A stretch of DNA of 64,000 bases from an uncultured Acidobacteriota bacterium (lineage in GTDB: Bacteria > Acidobacteriota > Thermoanaerobaculia > Gp7-AA8): NCBI GenBank assembly GCA_963822445.1, contig CAWGHO010000003.1, forward strand, positions 1,376,001 to 1,440,000, given 5' to 3'. Shown here one piece after another: positions 56,523 through 64,000 of this stretch. The notes under the pieces are model-generated. The model did no database searches, had not been told where the DNA came from, and saw nothing but the letters and a program-made list of their open reading frames with translations. Within the stretch, counting starts at the first letter, position 1. The number at the start of each line of letters is the position of its first letter. A program made the position numbers and the translations under genes.

Positions 56523-56552
56523 AGGATAGAGGACGGTCCTGGAATCCGTCAA
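56523..56552 (-). promoter_or_regulatory. Putative sigma70 promoter
   Basis: minus strand TTGACG-18 nt-TATCCT. Confidence 0.5.
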
Positions 56553-56580
56553 CGGCATATCTCTGGCAGCGGCCGAACGC

Positions 56581-57684
56581 ATGAAACGCATTCGCTATGC
56601 AGTCATGGGCCTCGGCCACATCGCCCAGCAGGCGGTCCTCCCTTCGTTCGCCCACGCCAAAGGCAGCTCCACGCTCGCGGCGCTCATCTCAAGCGATCCG
56701 AAAAAACTGCGCGCGCTGGGCCGCAGGTATGGCGTCGAGCGGCTGTACAGCTACGACAAGTTCGATGAATGCATGAGCAGCGGCGAGGTCGATGCGCTCT
56801 ACATCGCCCTGCCCAATCACCTGCACGCGGAGTACACCGTTCGCGCGGCGCGGCATGGAATTCACGTGCTCTGTGAAAAGCCGATGGCCATGACGTCGAA
56901 GGATTGTCTGGCCATGATCCGGGCCTGCGAGAAGAACGACGTGCGGCTGATGATTGCCTACCGTCTGCACTTCGAGAAGGCGAACCTCTCCACGATCGAC
57001 ATGGTGCGGCGCGGCCGCATCGGCGAGCCGCGCCTCTTCAACTCGACGTTCACCATGGACGTAACCGCGGGGGACATCCGCCTGCGCGACGAGACCGGTG
57101 GCGGCACGCTCTGGGACATCGGCATCTACTGCATCAACGCCGCTCGTTATCTGTTTCGCGACGAGCCGGTCGAAGTCACCGGATTTTCAGCGAGCGGCGA
57201 GCAGGCGCGGTTCGGCGAGGTGGAAGAGATGTTCAGCGCCACGCTGCGCTTTCCGAAGGAGCGGCTCGCTTCGTTCGTCTGCAGCTTCGGCGCTTCGGAT
57301 TGCGCCGAGTACAGGATCGTCGGGACGAAAGGGGACATCCGTCTCGATCCAGCGTACGAATACGCGGTCGCGCTCGAGCAATTCGTGACCACCGGTGGCA
57401 AGCCGCGCGAGAAGACGTTCGCCAAGCGCGACCAGTTCGCGCCGGAGCTCGCCTATTTTTCGGACTGCATCAACCGCGGCGTCGAGCCGGAGCCGTCCGG
57501 CTGGGAAGGTCTCGCCGACGTGCGCATCATCGAGGCCGCCTATCGCGCGGCGAAGAAAGGGAAGGCCGTGTCTCTGCCTCCGTTCGAGAAGAGGGTTCGT
57601 CCGGCGGGCCGGCAGGAGATCCACCGTCCGCCCGTGCAACGGCCTCCGAAGACCATCAACGCGAAGCGGCCGACGCGGGACTAG
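56581..57684 (+). CDS. Gfo/Idh/MocA oxidoreductase (glucose-fructose oxidoreductase-like)
   Basis: 'YAVMGLG', 'YIALPNHLH', 'HVLCEKPMA', 'GGGTLWDIGIYCIN'. Confidence 0.93.
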   Translation: MKRIRYAVMGLGHIAQQAVLPSFAHAKGSSTLAALISSDPKKLRALGRRYGVERLYSYDKFDECMSSGEVDALYIALPNHLHAEYTVRAARHGIHVLCEKPMAMTSKDCLAMIRACEKNDVRLMIAYRLHFEKANLSTIDMVRRGRIGEPRLFNSTFTMDVTAGDIRLRDETGGGTLWDIGIYCINAARYLFRDEPVEVTGFSASGEQARFGEVEEMFSATLRFPKERLASFVCSFGASDCAEYRIVGTKGDIRLDPAYEYAVALEQFVTTGGKPREKTFAKRDQFAPELAYFSDCINRGVEPEPSGWEGLADVRIIEAAYRAAKKGKAVSLPPFEKRVRPAGRQEIHRPPVQRPPKTINAKRPTRD

Positions 57685-57827
57685 TCCCGAGCTCGCGACT
57701 GTACGCGGCAATCATCCGGTAACGGAGCCTTCCCCGGTGACTGGGCTCACCCTCCGGTAGCGATTCGCCGTGCAAGATGCCCGGACTTATCGATCCCCGT
57801 CGACTTCATCTCAGGAGTGCTCTCTCA

Positions 57828-60617
57828 GTGAAAAAGTGGTTTGTTCCCGGCCTGATCGGCGTGTGTCTGGTCTCCGCGGCGTTGGCGAAGGAGCCGCGGA
57901 CGGACAACGTCGCGCTGCCGAACCCGATCCTGTTCGTGGGGCAGGTTCCCCTTCCCGACGATTTCACCACCGTCGCCTCGACCTTCGGCAATCACCGCGG
58001 ACATCAGACCTCCGCCCCGCGCGGCGGCGATCTCTTCATCCTCTACCCGAGCGGCACGCTCAAGAACGTGACCCGGACCGCGGGCTTCGGAAACAGCGGC
58101 TTCCAGGGAGCGAGCTCCATCGCCGTGCGCGAGCCGAGCGTGCACTGGTCGGGCACCAAAGCCCTCTTCAGCATGGTCATCGGCGCGCCGACGCAGCAGT
58201 ACCAGGTGGCGACCTTCTTCTGGCAGATCTACGAGGTCACGAACCTCGGCGAGACCCAGACGCCGGTCATCACCAAGGTCGCCAACCAGCCGGCGAACTT
58301 CAACAACATCTCGCCGATCTACGGGACCGACGACCGGATCATCTTCACGACCGACCGCCCCCGCAACGGGCAGGCGCACCTTTATCCACAACTCGACGAA
58401 TACGAAGAGGCGCCGACGGTCACCGGCATCTGGAGCCTCAATCCGCTCAACGGCGACCTGCGGCTCCTCAATCACGCACCGTCCGGCGCCTTTACGCCGT
58501 CCATCGACAGCTTCGGCCGGCTGATCTTCACCCGCTGGGATCACCTCCAGCGCGATCAGCAGGCCGACGCCGACGCCGAGACTCCGGGCGAGTACGGCAC
58601 GTTCGATTTCTCCGACGAGAGCGCGGCCGCGCTGAAGCTCAATCAGCGCGTCGAGATCTTCCCGGAGCCGCGCGCGAGCAGTCTCCCTCCGGGCAGTAAT
58701 CTCGCCGGAAACAGCATCAATCACTTCTTCCCCTGGATGATGAACGAGGACGGCACGTCCGAAGAGACGCTCAACCACATCGGCCGTCACGAGCTGCACA
58801 ACTACTTCAGCAGGTCGTTCACCGACGATCCGGCGGTCATCGACTTCGGCTACTTCGACGGCATCCGTTTCAACACCAATCAGGCCGACGGCACGTTTCA
58901 GATCCGCGAGGATCCCGTGACGGCGGGTCGCTACTACGCGGTCGATTCCGTGGAGTTCGATTCCCACGCGGCGGGGCAGATCGTCAGCTTCTTCGCGCCG
59001 CCGAGCCAGAACCCCGATCAGATTCAGATCGACTACATCACCCCGCGCTCGACGAAGTTCTTCAGCGATCCGCCGGCGCCGGCCGATCACTCCGGCCACT
59101 ATCGCGATCCGCTGCCGCTGTCGAACGGCACGCTCGTCGCCGCGCACACGGCGGAAACGCGAGACGACACGAACATCGGCACCGGTGCGAATCCGCAGTC
59201 GCGCTACGACTTCCGCCTCAAGCCGATGACCCTGCAGGCGAGCGGCTTCTATCTTCCCGGCGCGCCCCTGACGGGCGGCATTCCCGCGACCATCTCGTAC
59301 TGGAGTCCCGACGTCCTCGTCTCCTGGACCGGGACGTTGTGGGAGATGAGCGCGGTGGAGATTCGCGCGCGAACGATCCCGGGGACCGCCACCACGCCGC
59401 TCGAACAGCCCGAGGTCAATGCCTTCGCCCAGGCGAACGTCGACGTGCAGCAGTTCCGGCAGTACCTCGCCGAAAACGACCTGGCCCTGATCGTGACGCG
59501 CAACGTCACGACCCGCGACAAGGCCGACAAGCAGCAGCCCGTGAATCTGCGCGTGCCCGGCGGTGTCAGCAGCATCGTCAATCCCTCGCAGAAGATCTAC
59601 GACGTGAGCCGGTTGCAGCTCTATCAGGCCGATCAGCTCCGCGGCATCGGCAGCTCGCCGCATCCCGCCGATCCGGCGCTCGTCACGGGCGGCCGGCAGG
59701 GGCGGCGTGTGCTCGCGCGGACGATGCACGATCCGGCGGCGATGGCCGCCAATCCCCCGGCCACGGTCAGCGCGCAGGGAAGCGTGCAGGTCGCACTGGA
59801 CGGCTCGGCCGCCGCGTTCGTGCCGGCGCGCCGGGCCATGACCTGGCAGCTCGCCGATCCGAATCACACCGGCGTCGTGCGCGAGCGCTACTGGCTCACG
59901 TTCCAGCCCGGAGAGGTGAGGGTGTGCGGCTCGTGCCACGGCGCAAACACCAAGACCCAGCTCGATCAGGATCCGCCGGTGAACACGCCGTCCGCGCTCA
60001 CCGTGCTGCTGCAGTTCTGGAAGGCGAAGCAGGCCACGATTCCTGCCGCGCCGGCGAATTTCAGCGCAACGACCACCTCGACGACGACCATCGGTCTGTC
60101 CTGGACCGCGTCCGCCGGCGCCACGCCGAGCACACAGTACGAGATCGCCCGCGCCTCGGCCTCGAGCCCGTTCGTGACGATCCACACCACATCCGCGACG
60201 AGCTTCACCGACAGCGTCACCGCCGGAACGGCGCACGTGTACAAAGTGCGAGCAATCGATCCGGCCGGGAACTCGCCGTATTCGTCACCCGACGTCGCGA
60301 CCACGTTCTTCTTCACCGACGACCCGCTCATTGCGCAGGCAACACGGATCAAAGCGCTTCACATCACCGAGCTTCGCCAGGCCGTGAACGTCTTCCGGGC
60401 CGCGGCCGGCCTGCCACCGGCGACGTTCACCGATCCAACGGTGTCCACCGCGATCGCGATCAAAGCCTCGCACTTCCGCGAGCTGCGCCTCGCCCTCAAT
60501 CAGGCGCGAGTCCCTCTGGGCCTGAGCAGCGTGACGTTCACCGACGCCACGCTGACGGAAGGAGCGACGCAGGTGCGCGCCGTTCACCTCGGCGAGCTGC
60601 GGGATGGGGTGAAGTAG
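57828..60617 (+). CDS. Secreted beta-propeller/HzsA-related protein with one CxxCH, FN3 and triple-repeat C-terminal domain
   Basis: GTG after aggag; signal peptide; 'GRLIFTRWDH', 'HYRDPLPL', 'WLTFQPGEVRVCGSCHG'. Confidence 0.8.
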   Translation: MKKWFVPGLIGVCLVSAALAKEPRTDNVALPNPILFVGQVPLPDDFTTVASTFGNHRGHQTSAPRGGDLFILYPSGTLKNVTRTAGFGNSGFQGASSIAVREPSVHWSGTKALFSMVIGAPTQQYQVATFFWQIYEVTNLGETQTPVITKVANQPANFNNISPIYGTDDRIIFTTDRPRNGQAHLYPQLDEYEEAPTVTGIWSLNPLNGDLRLLNHAPSGAFTPSIDSFGRLIFTRWDHLQRDQQADADAETPGEYGTFDFSDESAAALKLNQRVEIFPEPRASSLPPGSNLAGNSINHFFPWMMNEDGTSEETLNHIGRHELHNYFSRSFTDDPAVIDFGYFDGIRFNTNQADGTFQIREDPVTAGRYYAVDSVEFDSHAAGQIVSFFAPPSQNPDQIQIDYITPRSTKFFSDPPAPADHSGHYRDPLPLSNGTLVAAHTAETRDDTNIGTGANPQSRYDFRLKPMTLQASGFYLPGAPLTGGIPATISYWSPDVLVSWTGTLWEMSAVEIRARTIPGTATTPLEQPEVNAFAQANVDVQQFRQYLAENDLALIVTRNVTTRDKADKQQPVNLRVPGGVSSIVNPSQKIYDVSRLQLYQADQLRGIGSSPHPADPALVTGGRQGRRVLARTMHDPAAMAANPPATVSAQGSVQVALDGSAAAFVPARRAMTWQLADPNHTGVVRERYWLTFQPGEVRVCGSCHGANTKTQLDQDPPVNTPSALTVLLQFWKAKQATIPAAPANFSATTTSTTTIGLSWTASAGATPSTQYEIARASASSPFVTIHTTSATSFTDSVTAGTAHVYKVRAIDPAGNSPYSSPDVATTFFFTDDPLIAQATRIKALHITELRQAVNVFRAAAGLPPATFTDPTVSTAIAIKASHFRELRLALNQARVPLGLSSVTFTDATLTEGATQVRAVHLGELRDGVK

Positions 60618-60621
60618 CGAG

Positions 60622-62871
60622 CTACTTGACGGCGGTCCGCAGCTCGTTGAAGTGCGCCGCTTTGATGGTCGTTGAAAAGGCGGTGATGCTCGGATCGGTG
60701 TAGCTGAGCTCGACCAGTCCCAGTGCGGCGCGGGAAGCGTTCAGATTCGCGCGCAGCTCGTCGACGTGAGTCTTCTTGACCGGCACGAGCGGGCCGATGG
60801 AGTCGGTGAAGGTGGCCGCGCCGAGTTGCGCGAGCACGCGGGTCGCGTTCACTGCCGTCCGGAGCTCCGTCATGTGCACTCCCTGGACGACGCCCGTCCC
60901 GGCAACGGCCGGATCCCCGGTGAAGATGATCGTCGTGGCGAGATCGGTCGGGCCGAACGCGCCCGTAGTTGCCGCGCCGTCGCGGGCAGCGACTCGATAG
61001 AGATAAGAGGTGTTTGCCAGCGGCGTCGTGTCGGTGAACAGAGCTCCCGCCGGAGTTCCGACGATTGCGTAGGCCACGGTGTCGGCGCTTCGTTCCACCG
61101 CATAACTCGCCGCGCCGGCGACGGCGGTCCACGAAAGCTGGACGGAAGTCGAAGTCGCGGCTGTGGCGACGAGATTCGCCGGCGGGCCGAGGGTTGTGGC
61201 GCACTGCGACGTCGTGGCGAAGGATCGCGTGATCTTGCAGCCCTTCTCGTTCGCGATGGAAAAGGTCAGTGTCAAAGCGGCAGCGTTTGGTGTGAATGAG
61301 ATCGAGGTGCCCGTCGTCGATCCCTGAATGGAGCCGCCCGAGATCGCCCAGGAGTACGTGCACTCCAGCCCCGCGCAACCACCGTCCTCGGACGCAGTCT
61401 GTCCGGCCGAGCAGGGGAGGTTGGTGCCGACGATGATGGAGTTGGTCGACAATGCGTATTCGAGCTTGTCGGTCAGGATCTCGAGGATCTTCTGGCTCGG
61501 TTTCCCCAACTCCCCCAGGACGTATCTGCTCTCGGGATAACCCGAGGCCCGGGTCTGCAGGTAGCAGTAGCTCATGATCGTGCCCTTCTCGAAGGGCACG
61601 CTGGTGCTGCCGGAAAAGCAGCCGGGATTGCTCTCGACGAAGCAGAGGTCGACGTAGTCCCGGGTGACGTTGTAGGCGGTCTTCTCCGCCGGCGTCAGAT
61701 CGGTGCAGTGGGTGTGGTTGGAGCCGATCACGTGTCCGAGCTCGTGGGCGAATCCCTGCAACATCAAGTGGTTGATGCCGAGGCCGTACACGACGCCGTC
61801 CACGGTCGCGTTCGGGTTGGGAACCGTCGTTTCGCCGACGGAGCCGTTCACGGCGTAGGCGCCGCTCCAGCAATTCAGACCGCACCCGCGATCGATGTCG
61901 CAGATTCTGTCGGTGTGTGCGGCGCCGCCGTTCACCCTGCCGCTGAGCATGATGGTTGCAGACCGTGGGACGCCCGGTGGCGTTTCCGGATCGTCATCGG
62001 GGAGCTTGTAGTTGGCATTCCAGTACGTGCCCAGCTCCTGGAGGACCTGCGGGTGGCCGGTGGCCACGAAGGGATCCTCTACGTTGCTCGGCCTGATGTT
62101 GACCAGCCCGATGTTCAGGGTGGTATTCAGATCGCGCATGTAGATCACGGACGTCTGCGCGACGAGGTCGCCGATATACGTACTGACCGCGGCGTCGGTC
62201 GTGCTGTTCGCCGCGCCGAAGGTGGCGTAGAACTCGTTGTCCGATTCGATCGCGATCCGCAGCTCGTACGCGGCGTCCGTCACAGAGAGCGTCACCGGTC
62301 TGGCAGGCAGCGACAGTTTCCCGTGCGGCAGGGTCACGTTCTCGGTGGCACATTCGAACGAGGTTCCGGCGAAGCCTTCCCGGGACGCATCGACGACGTC
62401 GATGAAGATCGGCGCCTCCTTCCGGGCCTTCGGGCCGCTCCGGCCGGGCAGTTGCCGGCCCTGCCGGATCGTGAACGTCTTCTCGCCGATGAGGATCAGG
62501 CCGGACACGTCGGAACTGTCCGTCGCGGTCGAGAAGAAGACCGTGGCCGCCGGCTGGCCGGCCACGCGGCCTTTGAAATAGCGCCGGGCGGGAAGGGCCA
62601 TTCTTCGGGGCGGGTCGGAGTCGTAAACGACGATCGTGGCATCCGGCGCCCAGACCGCGAACTCCTCGAGCTCGATGGAGACCGTGTCGGTATCGGAGAG
62701 GACGACGTTCGGCAGGACGATGGTCGCGCTCTTCCGCGCGCTGCGAATGCTCGAGAGCGTGCTGCGGTCGAGCTCCCGCACGGGACTGGCCGCCAACGCG
62801 ACCGGGCCGAGGAAGAACATCACCGCGAATGCGAAATGAGAAAAGCGCCGCCGCCCCGCGTGTTGGAACAT
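60622..62871 (-). CDS. Secreted M12B/reprolysin-like zinc metalloprotease with prodomain, FN3 and triple-repeat C-terminal domain
   Basis: Signal peptide; 'IAIESDNEF', zinc motif 'AHELGHVIGSNHTH', Met-turn 'TIMSY'. Confidence 0.88.
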   Translation of the reverse strand: MFQHAGRRRFSHFAFAVMFFLGPVALAASPVRELDRSTLSSIRSARKSATIVLPNVVLSDTDTVSIELEEFAVWAPDATIVVYDSDPPRRMALPARRYFKGRVAGQPAATVFFSTATDSSDVSGLILIGEKTFTIRQGRQLPGRSGPKARKEAPIFIDVVDASREGFAGTSFECATENVTLPHGKLSLPARPVTLSVTDAAYELRIAIESDNEFYATFGAANSTTDAAVSTYIGDLVAQTSVIYMRDLNTTLNIGLVNIRPSNVEDPFVATGHPQVLQELGTYWNANYKLPDDDPETPPGVPRSATIMLSGRVNGGAAHTDRICDIDRGCGLNCWSGAYAVNGSVGETTVPNPNATVDGVVYGLGINHLMLQGFAHELGHVIGSNHTHCTDLTPAEKTAYNVTRDYVDLCFVESNPGCFSGSTSVPFEKGTIMSYCYLQTRASGYPESRYVLGELGKPSQKILEILTDKLEYALSTNSIIVGTNLPCSAGQTASEDGGCAGLECTYSWAISGGSIQGSTTGTSISFTPNAAALTLTFSIANEKGCKITRSFATTSQCATTLGPPANLVATAATSTSVQLSWTAVAGAASYAVERSADTVAYAIVGTPAGALFTDTTPLANTSYLYRVAARDGAATTGAFGPTDLATTIIFTGDPAVAGTGVVQGVHMTELRTAVNATRVLAQLGAATFTDSIGPLVPVKKTHVDELRANLNASRAALGLVELSYTDPSITAFSTTIKAAHFNELRTAVK

Positions 62872-63108
62872 GAGCTTTCCCTGGCTGTTTGAGCCGTCGG
62901 AATTGGCGGCAGATGTGGAAGAACGTCCACTATACGCCTTGGCTCGAGCTGCGGTGGGGTGAAGCAGGGGAAGAGGTGCAGCGCCTCGCGGTGGAAGGCG
63001 ACCGGAGTACGTCCCGCGCAGGACGCGAGCAGGAACGTGAGAGCGGCGGCGGGTACGGCGATGGTGCGCCATGGCGCTGCTGTATCATCCCGAGATCCGG
63101 TCAATCGA

Positions 63109-64000
63109 ATGGCCCAAGTGTTCCTGAGTTACGCGCGGGAAGATCGCGAGTGCGCGGAGATCCTTGCGCGTGCGCTGACGAACCACGGCTGGTCGGTGTG
63201 GTGGGACCGCCTCATCGATGTCGGGGGCCGGTTTTCCGCGGTCATCGAGCGCGAGCTCTCGCAGGCCAAGTGCGTCATCGTTCTCTGGTCACGCCATTCA
63301 GTGCAGTCGGACTGGGTTCAGAGCGAGGCCTCCGATGCCAGCCAGCGGGAGATCCTCGTGCCGGTGCGGATCGACGATGTCCGCCTGCCGCTCGAGTTTC
63401 GCCGTCTTCAGACCGCGGACCTCTGCGACTGGCGCAAGGGGTTCGACAGTCCCGAGTTCAAGTCGTGCCTGGCCTCGGTGGAGAAGCTCGTTCGCAGGAA
63501 AACTCTCCCCGGTGTTCCGTTTCCCGAACCGGAGCTCGAGCCGAAGCCGGAACCGAAACCTGCGCCGGTCGACGAACGGTTGGATGACGTCTGGATCATG
63601 CAGGATGGTCAGCGGTTCTGCGCGCCGGATCCGAACACCTTGCGCAAGTGGGCCAAGGAAGGGCGTGTCCGGGCCGATAGCCAGATCTATGACCCGGCGG
63701 TTGCCGATTGGGTCCCTGCCCGCGAAGTTCCTGTATTGCGGGGTGTCTATCCCGCGCCGACGCCGACGCCGACTCCGACTTCGCTTCCGCATCCCGCGCC
63801 TCAGCCTCCAGCCACCGGCATCCGCTGGCCGCTCATCGCCGCGGTCGTCGGCGGACTCGGATTGCTGGCCCTCCTGCTCGTAGCCGTCGTCATGAACCTG
63901 CCGAGCCCATCTCCCCAGGTGTACGACCCGGTACTCACCCGCACGACAGAAACCGCCCCGGTGACGAAAACGACGGAGACGGTGGTCACGCCTCCGCCAG
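63109..64000 (+). CDS. TIR - GYF_2-like - Pro-rich - TM protein (3' end outside window; not in ORF track)
   Basis: Hand translation MAQVFLSYAREDR..SVWWDR..CVIVLWSRHSVQSDWVQSEA; 'LRKWAKEGRVRADSQIY..WVPA'; TM 'WPLIAAVVGGLGLLALLLVAVV'. Confidence 0.88.
   Translation, partial: MAQVFLSYAREDRECAEILARALTNHGWSVWWDRLIDVGGRFSAVIERELSQAKCVIVLWSRHSVQSDWVQSEASDASQREILVPVRIDDVRLPLEFRRLQTADLCDWRKGFDSPEFKSCLASVEKLVRRKTLPGVPFPEPELEPKPEPKPAPVDERLDDVWIMQDGQRFCAPDPNTLRKWAKEGRVRADSQIYDPAVADWVPAREVPVLRGVYPAPTPTPTPTSLPHPAPQPPATGIRWPLIAAVVGGLGLLALLLVAVVMNLPSPSPQVYDPVLTRTTETAPVTKTTETVVTPPP

Noticed and set aside
57828-60617. Anammox hydrazine synthase
   Set aside because: No hzsB/C or multiheme partners; only a related domain with one CxxCH.
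62820-63104. Minus-strand frame with a lipobox-like 'LTFLLASCAG'
   Set aside because: No convincing in-frame start directly before the signal (ATG 63072 is out of frame by one base), and it runs into the protease gene; possibly a lipoprotein remnant but unsupported.

Overview
GC-rich, densely coding bacterial window. The gene repertoire is consistent with Acidobacteriota, probably Thermoanaerobaculia-like (inference). I found no rRNA, tRNA, CRISPR array, integrase or transposase. The housekeeping and transport backbone comprises MacB/FtsX ABC systems, an NtrC/NtrY-like two-component pair, three M16 peptidases, an FKBP PPIase, an acyl-CoA dehydrogenase, an IPMDH-family dehydrogenase, a TrmN6-like methylase, YciH/SUI1 and a Gfo/Idh/MocA oxidoreductase. 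Five things stand out. (1) A ~9.6 kb island (41.1-50.7 kb) is bracketed by near-identical 30-bp palindromic direct repeats. It carries two exported TPR-CHAT (caspase-like) proteases, a protease-less paralog of one protease's N-terminal module, a TerB-family gene flanked by two unannotated ~45-aa RING-like zinc-finger genes, and a His/Cys-rich CHAT partner. (2) Three secreted proteins with unrelated N-terminal cargo share an FN3 domain plus a ~105-aa C-terminal triple repeat ((F/Y)TD..K.xH..ELR), a candidate surface-anchoring or sorting domain. (3) A GT2 / YdjC deacetylase / DedA / 2x GT-C / 2x methyltransferase cluster resembles a lipid-linked amino-sugar envelope-modification pathway. (4) There are TIR-kinase and TIR-GYF-TM fusions. 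(5) Several intergenic repeat families occur, including 7/8-mer tandem-plus-inverted hairpins that supply TTG start codons, and many -10 boxes sit directly against start codons.
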